Of a stretch of 64,000 nt of DNA, positions 42,846 to 51,874 are shown in pieces. Origin of the DNA: a virus (lineage: Duplodnaviria > Caudoviricetes); IMG/VR virus record IMGVR_UViG_3300025018_000137, positions 1 through 64,000 of that record. One strand, given 5' to 3'. Position numbers and translations under genes: made by a program. Positions within the stretch are counted from its first letter, which is position 1. Each line of letters starts with the position of its first letter. Below the pieces are notes generated by a model. That model was not told the origin of the DNA, made no database searches, and worked only from the letters and a program-made list of their open reading frames with translations.

Positions 42846-45800
42846 TCACTCACCTCTGCTCAAGTTTCTCAGCGCCCGGGTCAACCCCGACACCATTTCG
42901 CGATCGCCGGACATCCGGAACGAACCGCCACCTACGTTGAGATTTACATCGACGACATCCCGTACTCCAGTGGAGCCTGCCCCGTCGACGGAAACAGATG
43001 GGGCGCGTACTGCACCAACGAATCCGCCAGATGCGAATCCCGGGAACTGCAATGCACGGCCTCGCTTCGCCAGTTGCTGCAATCGGTAGAAGAAGCTCGG
43101 GCCGAAGTGACGCACAGTCTTGGCGTCCATCACGAACTCTTTTGCCGAAAGCATGGCCATGATCGAATCAGAAGTCGGCGTGCCCGGTCCCTCGACCAGA
43201 CCGCCAGATGCGAACCCTGCTCCGGGGCCAGAACCCCCGGGTCGCCTTCTCCTGCTGGTCTGGCTGCCAAAGTCCAGCTCTACCGGCAGCTCGAACGTGC
43301 CGTTTTTGGCCTGCTGGATAATGCTCTGCTGGATGTCAGGCAAGAGCGTATTGAGGTGGACCGGGGGCGGGTCCAGCTCGCGGAACTGCTGATCGAAGGC
43401 AGCGCCCATCGCGCCGACCCCTTCTTTGATCTGCTGCTCGATCAGCTCTCTAACGCCGATGTCGACAAGGCCATCTCGGACCGCTTTGATACTTTCGTTG
43501 ACGGAGCTTTCCGACGGCAGAATCGGGGTGACATTGCCCGGAACAGAATCTAGCAGATTCTGCAGCTCCTCGGCGGTCGCTACGCTCAGCTCAAGATTGT
43601 CGACTACACGCTGGGTTTCGTCCGTGATGAGTTTGAACTGCGCAGCGCTCAAGCCTGCCCGCTCAACCAGAACAAGCAAGCGCGCGTTGGCCTGATCCAC
43701 GCGTTGCTGGAAAGTGTTGAGCGTTTCGACAGCCTTGACGAGAGGGCCGGTCTGCTCGTTCAGAGAAGTGATCGCCTTGTTCTGCGCACTAAGGGTCGCT
43801 TCGCCTAGCTGCTCGATCTGGCTCTTCAGCTCTTCGATGTAGGCAGGGTCGACGATCGGCTTGGTATCTTCCAGTCTGTTCTGGCCAAGGAAAGTCGATA
43901 CGCGATCATTGAATTCAGCTTGCGTAATCGTCGCCTTCTCTGCAGCAACCTGAGAATCCCGCAGTAGCTCATTCAGAACCCGCGCCCGCTCGATCCTCTT
44001 CTGCTGGGCAGACTGCCCCGCCGCAGTGCCGATGTCCGCCTCTTCGACTTCCTTCGTGACTTTTAGCAGTTCTTGCTGAAGCTCTTTGGTCCGGGCGAAT
44101 GCTTGCAGACGCTTTCGGTCTAGCCGATCCGCCTCTGCTCTGGCCGCAGTCTCCTCGATCTGAACGTTGCGTATGCGGACGAGTTCATCGCGAGTCTTCT
44201 CCAGGCCAGCGGCGTACCTACGCCCGGATGCCGTACTCTTGTCGATAGCGTCGATCTGGCGCTGGAATCTCTGCTCAGTCAGGGCCAACTCGCGCCGTAG
44301 CGGCTCCGTGGCTTTGTCCGTTGCCACGTCGATCTGGAAGTCGAGAGTTCGCGTCTTGGTGATGTTGTCCAGTTCTTCAGCAAGCGCCGCCAGCCTGGTC
44401 TGGGTAGTACGGGTCTCCGTGGCGAGGTTATCGAACACACCCTTGATGGACGCGGCAGTAGAGTTTGCGGCATCGGACAGACGCTTGAAGCCTGCGGTAT
44501 TGCTCCCGGCCCGAGCGGCAACCGCAAGGTTGTCCACCAGCGCTTGGCTGATCTCTGAAATGGCCTCGGCCCCGGAGTTCGCCCCTACTTGGGTGCGTGC
44601 CAGCGCGTCGGTCAATTGCTTGAACGATCGGTCGGAGGTTCTACCTATGTCGATCAAATCGTCCAGCACACCGCCCCTGATGCGTTTGCTAAGTCTGTCG
44701 AAGTCGGTGCCGAGCTTGGAGTTAAGCTCTGTGATTCTGGCTTCCAGCTCGCCGATACGAATAGCCCCTTCTGCGAGGTCGCTGGTTCTGGCACCGAATG
44801 TCTCGGGGTTCTTGTCCCGTAGTAGGCTATCTTGCAGTTCCGTCTGCGCTTTGAGTTCTCCTTCCAGCGCAGCGGTAACGGCATTTAGGTTGCGCTTCAG
44901 TGAGATGACTTGGATGTCGTTGGCGGTGAAAACGCTTGCAATCTCTTCCGCTTGCGCGCGCAAACCGTCGGAGAGAGTAGACCCCACAGTCTTCGTACTG
45001 TCGATGCTGGACGCAATGGCGGTAGCCGCCTGCTCCATCAGCGCAATCTCCGCCCGGACACTGGCTATCCGTCGCTTCAGTATCTCCTCTTCTTGGCGGT
45101 TTATCGGCTTGATGAATCCCTTCGCCCTGCCCTCTTCGATGAGGCTGTTCACTTCGGCGAGTTTCTGTAGCAGGCGAGCGCTCTCCGTACGGCGCTCGAC
45201 AATGCGGTCGAACAACCGATCGTTCACATCGGCAAGCCGTACGATCTCGGCCGCGGCACCACGAATCACGCTGTCGAGCTGGATGAGGTTGTTGACCGCT
45301 GTCTGCAGTTGCGAAGTGAAGTCGCCCGCGCCGGTGCCGATCGCAGACGCGTCTATCTTGATGAGCCCCCCGTCGACGTTCCCTTTGCTCACCGCCTCGC
45401 GGAAGTTAGCGAGGTCTCCTTCGATCTGTGCCAGCATTTCTTTGGTAGTCTGGCTGGTCTCTTCCAGCGTGTGGTTGAACCCGGTGACGAACGCAGACAA
45501 GAAGTCTCGTACGCCGGGGAAGAGGTAGGCCAGTAGTCCACCTGCCGCCAAGACGCCAAGCCCGACCGGGCCGAATAGCGCAGCGCGGATAGCAGACATT
45601 GCGATGGCGAAGGTACGGGATAGTGCCAAGAATGCACCGCCCACCAACGGCAAAGCCTGCGGGAGAGAAAGCAGGACGACTACAAAGCCGTTGAGTATCC
45701 GGGCTGCGTTGGCGATGCTCGCGCCGAATCTAAGCGCCCCAACCAACAAGCCGGCCAGTGCGGCGAACCCCGCAGTGACTACCTTGATACCGGCAAGCGC

Positions 45801-47021
45801 CGTGAACAGCTCAAGCATGATTTCCAGTGAGGGGAGGAAATTCGTTACCGCCACCGTAGTCTCCACGATCGCTTTTGCGACCGTTAGGAAATTCTCTGCA
45901 AGCGCCTCCACCCGAGCGATAGTCTCGGGGTCGGAAGCGAATGCCTGTAGAGCAGACAGAGCGCTTCTGATCGCGGGCAGGAAAACGGTGCCGGCAGCGA
46001 TGCCTAGATTTTCAAACTGCCTCGTCGTCAGGTCTACCTGACGAGATACCGATCGCTGAAGGCGCTCGAATTCTTTAAGCGAGGACCGCCCGTCATCGAA
46101 CGCAGCGTTTGCAGATGCCACCGTACGATTGAGGATTTGAAAGCCGTTGGCGGCATCTTCGACGAGGCGCTGACCGAACGCAAACTGCCGGCCACCGCCG
46201 AATAGCTCTTGGATTGCCTCGCCCTGAGCTACGGTATCCAGCTCGGCGATTGCAGCGGCAGCATCTTTGATCGCCCCGAGGCCGTCCGCGTTCAGTCGAC
46301 GTACCCACTCTTCGGTGGTGGTGCCTACCGTATCCGCGAACTTCTTGGCCGCAGTCTGGGCGTTTGAAAACGTTTTCACCAACGCCGTACCGGCGACTTC
46401 CGGCGTCTGGCCAAGCTCAAGTGCCTGCGCCGCAAGCGCAGCAGCGTCGGCGAATTCAAGCAATCCGCCCGCCGAACCTACTCGGCGAACCACGTCGACG
46501 ATCTGGTCAGCGGTGGCTACCGTAGTGTTCGACAGTTCATTGAAGGCGGAAGACACCTTCTCTGCCTGTTCAATGGGGATATTGAACAGGTTAGTGATCT
46601 TGGCGATCGAATTAGCGGCCTCGTCGACCGAGAGGTCCGCCACCACCGAAAAGCGGGCAATGGTCTCGGTAAACGACTCAATTGCCTCTCTGCCCTGCCT
46701 GCCCAGACCGAGCTGTCCAGCGCGAGCCCCGATCAGGGCCAAGTCGGAAGCGGCAACACCGAGGTCAACCGACATAGCGCGGATGGAATTTGAGAGCTGG
46801 CCGATTGACTCATCCGAGAATTCAGTAGTCTTCTGAATCTCGAATAGAGCCCTCTCGAATTCCACCGCCTGCGTGACAGGGAAGGAAATGGTAGCGAAGG
46901 CCGCTCGTAGAGACGCGACCGCCCCGACCACCCGGATGATAGACGACTCCACGCTTCGTATCGAGCTGGAAGCCGCGTCCCTCGCGGTCAGGCGAATCAG
47001 TGCGTCTAACGTAACGGCCAT
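42846..47021 (-). CDS. Tape measure protein (1391 aa)
   Basis: Ala-rich helical protein with TP901-type core, ending in the FASGG motif region. Follows the tail chaperones. Confidence 0.93.
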   Translation of the reverse strand: MAVTLDALIRLTARDAASSSIRSVESSIIRVVGAVASLRAAFATISFPVTQAVEFERALFEIQKTTEFSDESIGQLSNSIRAMSVDLGVAASDLALIGARAGQLGLGRQGREAIESFTETIARFSVVADLSVDEAANSIAKITNLFNIPIEQAEKVSSAFNELSNTTVATADQIVDVVRRVGSAGGLLEFADAAALAAQALELGQTPEVAGTALVKTFSNAQTAAKKFADTVGTTTEEWVRRLNADGLGAIKDAAAAIAELDTVAQGEAIQELFGGGRQFAFGQRLVEDAANGFQILNRTVASANAAFDDGRSSLKEFERLQRSVSRQVDLTTRQFENLGIAAGTVFLPAIRSALSALQAFASDPETIARVEALAENFLTVAKAIVETTVAVTNFLPSLEIMLELFTALAGIKVVTAGFAALAGLLVGALRFGASIANAARILNGFVVVLLSLPQALPLVGGAFLALSRTFAIAMSAIRAALFGPVGLGVLAAGGLLAYLFPGVRDFLSAFVTGFNHTLEETSQTTKEMLAQIEGDLANFREAVSKGNVDGGLIKIDASAIGTGAGDFTSQLQTAVNNLIQLDSVIRGAAAEIVRLADVNDRLFDRIVERRTESARLLQKLAEVNSLIEEGRAKGFIKPINRQEEEILKRRIASVRAEIALMEQAATAIASSIDSTKTVGSTLSDGLRAQAEEIASVFTANDIQVISLKRNLNAVTAALEGELKAQTELQDSLLRDKNPETFGARTSDLAEGAIRIGELEARITELNSKLGTDFDRLSKRIRGGVLDDLIDIGRTSDRSFKQLTDALARTQVGANSGAEAISEISQALVDNLAVAARAGSNTAGFKRLSDAANSTAASIKGVFDNLATETRTTQTRLAALAEELDNITKTRTLDFQIDVATDKATEPLRRELALTEQRFQRQIDAIDKSTASGRRYAAGLEKTRDELVRIRNVQIEETAARAEADRLDRKRLQAFARTKELQQELLKVTKEVEEADIGTAAGQSAQQKRIERARVLNELLRDSQVAAEKATITQAEFNDRVSTFLGQNRLEDTKPIVDPAYIEELKSQIEQLGEATLSAQNKAITSLNEQTGPLVKAVETLNTFQQRVDQANARLLVLVERAGLSAAQFKLITDETQRVVDNLELSVATAEELQNLLDSVPGNVTPILPSESSVNESIKAVRDGLVDIGVRELIEQQIKEGVGAMGAAFDQQFRELDPPPVHLNTLLPDIQQSIIQQAKNGTFELPVELDFGSQTSRRRRPGGSGPGAGFASGGLVEGPGTPTSDSIMAMLSAKEFVMDAKTVRHFGPSFFYRLQQLAKRGRALQFPGFASGGFVGAVRAPSVSVDGAGSTGVRDVVDVNLNVGGGSFRMSGDREMVSGLTRALRNLSRGE
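46364..46379. promoter_or_regulatory. Palindromic motif copy TTGAAAACGTTTTCAC
   Basis: Exact core, inside the tape measure gene. Confidence 0.65.
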
Positions 47022-47392
47022 TTTCTCAGTTCCTCGTCTTGGCTATCGAATCCCTCGAAAACCTTCGACAGACCTTTCTTGTCCTTTCCCATCAGTCCGG
47101 AGATGGCATTGGCCAAGTCCGCCACGAATTCACTGCGCTCCCTGATCCTCGCCCGCATCGCAGAGCGGTAGAAGTAGTCGAACTTCTGGTACGACCACTT
47201 TTGCAGGACTTCGTGTTCCGGGAAGCCTCTGGAGACCAGCTCCATCACCCCTGCGGTCACGTAGTCAGCGAAAGCCTCAGCATCCTTGACCTTTCGCTTT
47301 TTCTTCTTGGCCTCGTTAGCCCGCGCTATTGCGCGGCGGTGAGCACGGGCGGGGTCGGCTGAAACATCGTCGCCACCCTCTTCGTAAAAAAA
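47006..47392 (-). CDS. Tail assembly chaperone extension (gpT-like), reached by -1 frameshift
   Basis: No good independent start. Lies in the -1 frame relative to the upstream chaperone from the T7 run. Confidence 0.8.
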   Translation of the reverse strand, partial: FFYEEGGDDVSADPARAHRRAIARANEAKKKKRKVKDAEAFADYVTAGVMELVSRGFPEHEVLQKWSYQKFDYFYRSAMRARIRERSEFVADLANAISGLMGKDKKGLSKVFEGFDSQDEELRKWPLR

Positions 47393-47781
47393 CGCTCGTT
47401 GACCTGCCATAGCAGACCCACCACGAGTATCAAGTCGTCCAGCTCCATCTGCTCAACCTCTTCGGTGGAGAGGTCGGTCATGGTGGAGATCAGCCCGATC
47501 GCGTGCGGGAAGTTCTTCTCCACCATGTCGAATACCGCGTCCGAGTCGGACATCAGTCCCTTGGCGAATGCTTCCAGCCCCATCTCCGACTTGTCGTCGA
47601 GGTTGATCGCCGAGAACGCCGCCCGCAGCAACACCAGTGCTTTCCCGAAGTCGACAGTCCGAATCTTGCGGATCATCGCAGCGTTCGAGATGCCCGCCAG
47701 CTTTACCGGGAAGTTCTCGCCCGAGGAAATCATGTCTGCGTATTCTGCAAACGATTTCACTTCTTCCTGTTCGTCGCTCAT
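47326..47781 (-). CDS. Tail assembly chaperone (gpG-like)
   Basis: Between the major tail and tape measure genes. Start ATG 47781. Confidence 0.8.
   Translation of the reverse strand: MSDEQEEVKSFAEYADMISSGENFPVKLAGISNAAMIRKIRTVDFGKALVLLRAAFSAINLDDKSEMGLEAFAKGLMSDSDAVFDMVEKNFPHAIGLISTMTDLSTEEVEQMELDDLILVVGLLWQVNERFFTKRVATMFQPTPPVLTAAQ
47386..47392 (-). other. Programmed -1 ribosomal frameshift site T TTT TTT
   Basis: Frame 0 cgt ttt ttt acg (R-F-F-T); -1 frame ttt ttt tac gaa (F-F-Y-E). Canonical position between tail tube and tape measure. Confidence 0.8.
47745..47760. promoter_or_regulatory. Palindromic motif, one-mismatch copy CTGCAAACGATTTCAC
   Basis: Near the 5' end of the chaperone gene. 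Confidence 0.5.
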
Positions 47782-47853
47782 TTTCACCTTCCTAATGCAA
47801 AAGCGCTCCCCAGTTGGAGAGCGCTACACCTAGACCCTTGGTAGCCCTACGGA

Positions 47854-48627
47854 TTACGCCGTCGAGCTGGTACGCCGTTCCACGAAGAATTCGCTGCCGG
47901 TGGCCGCGAGATTCAGAGCGTCCTTCAGGATCGTGCCCGTCATCGAAATCTGGCTGACTTCATCGTTGATGAGCGGGACGCCCTGCGACGGATCGAACTG
48001 AGCGCGGAAGATGTCCACGATCAGCTTGTCCTGCGGACTGGTCACCGTGTTGATGCCTTGGAATCGCATGAACAGCTCGATGTTGGTCACCGTGAACATC
48101 GACTGCCGATAGTGCGACAGGAACGTGTAGTCGATGACCAGATCGGCGTCGGCCGCGATCGAACCCGACGAAAGCGGCGTGATGGTGCCGTTCTCGTAAT
48201 CCACCGTGTAGTCCGTGCCCAGCACGTACGTCGGAATGCCGCCGGTCAGGCTGACATCCGGGGGGACCGCACTGTTGAGGTTCACATTCGCCAGCGGGTA
48301 GATCAGATCGAGTGCGCCCAGCGTCAGCGCTTCATCCACCACCGCAGCGCCAGTCACAACAGCCGTTTCGCCGAAGAAGGCCAGGGCCACGTTTTCCGGG
48401 CTGAGGCTTTCCAGCGTCATCGAGAAGGTTGCGTTCAGTTCCTGCGTCAGCGTAAGGTCGATGGCGCGCGAACCCGACTCGGATTCCTTGTGCTCGAACT
48501 TGGTCACGTCGACCGAGATTTCGAGGCTGGGAACGTTGCCGATGTTCCGCAGGCCGAGAGGGCGACCGTTGGCATCGCGGGTGCCGACCAGCACACTGCC
48601 TTGGCCCGAGTAGTAATAGTTGCTCAT
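47854..48627 (-). CDS. Major tail (tube) protein
   Basis: YYSGQGSV...G.P.GLRNIGNVPSL.I....HKESESG.R. Confidence 0.85.
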   Translation of the reverse strand: MSNYYYSGQGSVLVGTRDANGRPLGLRNIGNVPSLEISVDVTKFEHKESESGSRAIDLTLTQELNATFSMTLESLSPENVALAFFGETAVVTGAAVVDEALTLGALDLIYPLANVNLNSAVPPDVSLTGGIPTYVLGTDYTVDYENGTITPLSSGSIAADADLVIDYTFLSHYRQSMFTVTNIELFMRFQGINTVTSPQDKLIVDIFRAQFDPSQGVPLINDEVSQISMTGTILKDALNLAATGSEFFVERRTSSTA

Positions 48628-48641
48628 GTCTGTCTCCGTTG

Positions 48642-49118
48642 TTAGGCGTCAGTTCCGCGCTGAGGCTCGATCATCTTCCAAACCTGCGCGTAGTAAATTA
48701 CACCGTTTCCGTATCCGTCGACGGGCGTATCGTTCACCCAAACCCAAGGCCGCGTTCCGACCCCAACGTACCCGAGTATCTTTGCTCTCAGAGCGTCCAG
48801 TAAATCAGTGGCGATCACCTTGGTGTCCCCGACGCCGTATATCCCATTGTAGTTCACCCCTACCACAATAGAGAAGACCCTTTCAACAAATACTACACCT
48901 TGGGCCGTCTGTCTACTCTGGCCAGCGGGAGATACGTCGTTGCCGGGTGCGGGCTGACTCCCTTCGTAGGTGACGACGAGCAACGGGAAAGTAGCCGATT
49001 CGCTGGACGACAACACTTCGTCGGCGTTGAAAGCGTAGAAGCCCGGGTCTTGGAATTCGCGCAATCCTTCGGCCAGAGTTTTCAATTCTTCTACGAGCTG
49101 ATTCGTGGTGGCCATCAC
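48642..49118 (-). CDS. Tail terminator-like protein
   Basis: Position; DLLDALRAKILG..YAQVW pattern. Confidence 0.65.
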   Translation of the reverse strand: MMATTNQLVEELKTLAEGLREFQDPGFYAFNADEVLSSSESATFPLLVVTYEGSQPAPGNDVSPAGQSRQTAQGVVFVERVFSIVVGVNYNGIYGVGDTKVIATDLLDALRAKILGYVGVGTRPWVWVNDTPVDGYGNGVIYYAQVWKMIEPQRGTDA

Positions 49119-49648
49119 TTATCCTTGATTCTTACAGGATTACGCCCTCTGCGGGACTCGACCTTCTTGAACCGTTCTCTGATCTTCTGTTGCAGAATCT
49201 TCACGTCGGTAACGCCGAAGCCGAGGAACGGGCGGGCAGGGATCGGGGCCTTGGCCAGTCCAGAGTATCCGCCGAACTGGTGGACCGCCGCCTTGGCTCC
49301 CTGTTTACCCCCCGTGACGCCGATCCGTACCACGTTGGCTACGTTGGCTCTTATCCCCGTTTTAGCTCGCGCCCCGACGATCCGCACAGCGTCGCGCAAT
49401 CGTCCACTATCCACGAGAATGTCGGACCTGTCAGGGTTATTACGCTTAAATCGGGAGTTCTGGGATAGGGGCTTCCATCTCTTGCCGTCTGGGCCATACT
49501 TGGTATCGAAGCGACGCTTGATACGCTCCAACATCAGCTCTGCAAGCTCACGATCGTTGACGACATCGCGAACTTCCGCCCGGGCATCGGCTAGGAAGTT
49601 GGATAGCTTCTTGACGCCACGAAGATTGGCGTCGCCCTTGAAGGCCAT
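49115..49648 (-). CDS. Virion morphogenesis / neck protein (gpS/gpG-type)
   Basis: GPDGKRWKPLS, ILVDSGRL, AAVHQFGG, IPARPFLG. Confidence 0.85.
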   Translation of the reverse strand: MAFKGDANLRGVKKLSNFLADARAEVRDVVNDRELAELMLERIKRRFDTKYGPDGKRWKPLSQNSRFKRNNPDRSDILVDSGRLRDAVRIVGARAKTGIRANVANVVRIGVTGGKQGAKAAVHQFGGYSGLAKAPIPARPFLGFGVTDVKILQQKIRERFKKVESRRGRNPVRIKDK

Positions 49649-50307
49649 CAGGCGGTCACGACTTCCGTGAACTGCGGGTTGTTCCCCACCATCCGGCTCC
49701 GGATGTACTGGTTGACCTGCGTAACACGGATTCGGTGCATGGCGTCGGACACGGCGGTGATGTCGACTTTGCCGTTCGGTGCGGAGAACGCACGCATAGC
49801 GCCAATCGCCAGACTGATCGCCGCCTCCTTCAGCCCGTCCGGCACCCCGCCGTAATATTCGCCGCTCGCGACAAAGCCGTGCGTGTAGTGCACAGCCATC
49901 GAGCGTCGGAATTCTGCGAGGGCGGGGGCGAAGAATAGAACGGCTCGGCCAGTGATGAGTTCCACTGCATACTCTTCCTCTTCGGGGTCCAGTAGCAGGG
50001 AGTTGGCATCCGCTATGGCGGCTATGCGTTGGCCGTTGGTGGACTGGTAAACCTCGAAAGTAGCATTCGGGTCTACGAAACTTCCAGTCAGGTTGAGGCG
50101 AACGAGTGGAGAAGTGCTCGAACCATCGTTGCTGTAGCAGCCCCCGAAGTAATCGATGCGTTCTGCGCGCTGGAACGAATACCCAAGCCGGGCTTCCAGT
50201 TCTGCAGTGGCTGAATGCAGTGCCGCTTCTGCGTGGGTCACGAAAGCTGCCGTGCCCTGCTGCATCCCATTCCTTGCTACGACTTCATCGGGGGTAGCCA
50301 GCAACAT
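49648..50307 (-). CDS. Head-tail connector/adaptor protein
   Basis: Position; Y.HGF...VPDGLKEAAI. Confidence 0.7.
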   Translation of the reverse strand: MLLATPDEVVARNGMQQGTAAFVTHAEAALHSATAELEARLGYSFQRAERIDYFGGCYSNDGSSTSPLVRLNLTGSFVDPNATFEVYQSTNGQRIAAIADANSLLLDPEEEEYAVELITGRAVLFFAPALAEFRRSMAVHYTHGFVASGEYYGGVPDGLKEAAISLAIGAMRAFSAPNGKVDITAVSDAMHRIRVTQVNQYIRSRMVGNNPQFTEVVTA

Positions 50308-50309
50308 GA

Positions 50310-50822
50310 TTACTTCCTGCGTTGACGCCGTGCCGGCAGAGCCATGTCACGCGCTTGGCGGTTCTTCTCGACCTGCGCCCGCTCCGCAGTATCAGGATGC
50401 GCTTCACCTGCCGCCAGCGCTTCCTCGCGTGCCAGCTTCGCAAGCTGCGATTCGGTCATCGTATCCGGATCGGTGCTCTCGAACACGCGGCGGTAATCTT
50501 CCACCTCTTGGTCCGTAGCCACCCGGAAGTACGGGATCATCTCGCCCTTGCGGGAGTCCGGGTCCGGTTGCTGCTGCTGAAGCAGCCGCCGACCCATCAA
50601 GGGGGTAGTACGCACGGTTTCGCCGCGTTCGATAGCGCGGCCTTGCTCCAAGTGCGAGTTCACGAATCGACTGCACCCGGACAGAACCATGTAGACGAAC
50701 TGCTTTTCGTCCTCCTGAACGATCGGGATTTCACCTACGTCGCGCAGCGGTACCGATTCCTTCGGATCGCTTCTGCGAGTTGCGGCTACGTCTGCCGCGC
50801 TTTTTCCTTTTGCACCTGCCAT
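50310..50822 (-). CDS. Hypothetical protein (170 aa)
   Basis: Between the capsid terminator and the connector gene. Confidence 0.65.
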   Translation of the reverse strand: MAGAKGKSAADVAATRRSDPKESVPLRDVGEIPIVQEDEKQFVYMVLSGCSRFVNSHLEQGRAIERGETVRTTPLMGRRLLQQQQPDPDSRKGEMIPYFRVATDQEVEDYRRVFESTDPDTMTESQLAKLAREEALAAGEAHPDTAERAQVEKNRQARDMALPARRQRRK

Positions 50823-50848
50823 TTCGGTTTACCTTTCACCTTCACCAA

Positions 50849-50877
50849 GAAAAGCCGGGGGGCCTAAGCCCCCCAGC
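50849..50877 (-). terminator. Rho-independent terminator after the major capsid gene
   Basis: GCTGGGGGGC-TTAG-GCCCCCCGGC-TTTTC. Confidence 0.8.
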
Positions 50878-50892
50878 ATGCCGGCATCAACA

Positions 50893-51837
50893 TCAGTTGA
50901 TGTTGATGATCTTCACCACCGCTTCTTCGTCTTCGTACTGCACGTCGACGCGGGTCGACAACACGATTACGAATTCGCGCGAGCGGATCGAGCGCTCCGT
51001 CTCCACCATGATGTCGCGGTGGATGCCGAACATGATGTTCTGCGGGAACGTGAGCAGAGCGGTGTTCGGAGTCATGAACGGAGTGCGGTCGATTGCCACA
51101 CCGTATGGTGTCAGCGATCCGGTCGTTTGCAGGGCCGAGTCGCCGAGGCCGGTCGCGCGGTTCGATACGTTGGAGCGGTAACGAATCTCGTCCTGCACGG
51201 TCATGAAGTGGCGAAGCGAACCCATGTTCCGGAGGTACCGTTGCGGCATCGCGAGATGCGCGTCACGGAACATATCCGGGTTCGGCCCGGCGTTCAGGTT
51301 GTCGACCACGTTGGTCGTCGCCTTCTTCACGAGACCGTCGACCAGAGCGAGGTAAGCGTCGCCCGAGCCGGTGTCGCCGCGAATCGCCCACTCTTCGAGG
51401 TCTTGCGCCGCGCGCTCTGCCATCAGGCGCATGACGTGGCTCTCGAAGTTGCCGCGCTCGATGTTGTCCTCGACAACCTCGTACGGAATCCGCACTTCGG
51501 CCATCACTTCCTTGGACACCAGCTCGATCTGCCGGGTCACGGGGGCCGAGCGATCCGCCACGCGGAGGTTCCGCGCGTTGTCGCCGTCATCCTGCGCACC
51601 GCCGGCGATGCGAGCCGCCCGCAAGATTCGCTCGGCGAAGCCGATCTTGTGCACATGGTAGGTCGGCGAGTTCATCGGAATGACGCGCACTTGGGACAGC
51701 ATGGTCGGCTGTTCCTGCACTTCGTCGATGAACGTCTGGGACTGCTCGGGCTGCAGAAGACCCCCGTTCGTGGTGAGGGCGGCGATCGTGAGATCGGCCC
51801 GCTCCATCACCTCTTTCACTTTCTTGTCTGTGGTCAT
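50893..51837 (-). CDS. Major capsid protein (HK97 fold)
   Basis: GGLLQPEQSQTFID, EDNIE..FESH, IRGDT, NIMFG..RDI..E.ER. Confidence 0.9.
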   Translation of the reverse strand: MTTDKKVKEVMERADLTIAALTTNGGLLQPEQSQTFIDEVQEQPTMLSQVRVIPMNSPTYHVHKIGFAERILRAARIAGGAQDDGDNARNLRVADRSAPVTRQIELVSKEVMAEVRIPYEVVEDNIERGNFESHVMRLMAERAAQDLEEWAIRGDTGSGDAYLALVDGLVKKATTNVVDNLNAGPNPDMFRDAHLAMPQRYLRNMGSLRHFMTVQDEIRYRSNVSNRATGLGDSALQTTGSLTPYGVAIDRTPFMTPNTALLTFPQNIMFGIHRDIMVETERSIRSREFVIVLSTRVDVQYEDEEAVVKIININ

Positions 51838-51874
51838 CTTTATCTCCTGAAGAACCAGTGTCGTTGCTGTGGGG

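Noticed and set aside
44167-45528. 453-aa plus-strand ORF
   Set aside because: Antisense shadow of the tape measure gene; Ser/Ala/Arg-rich, with no SD or domain.
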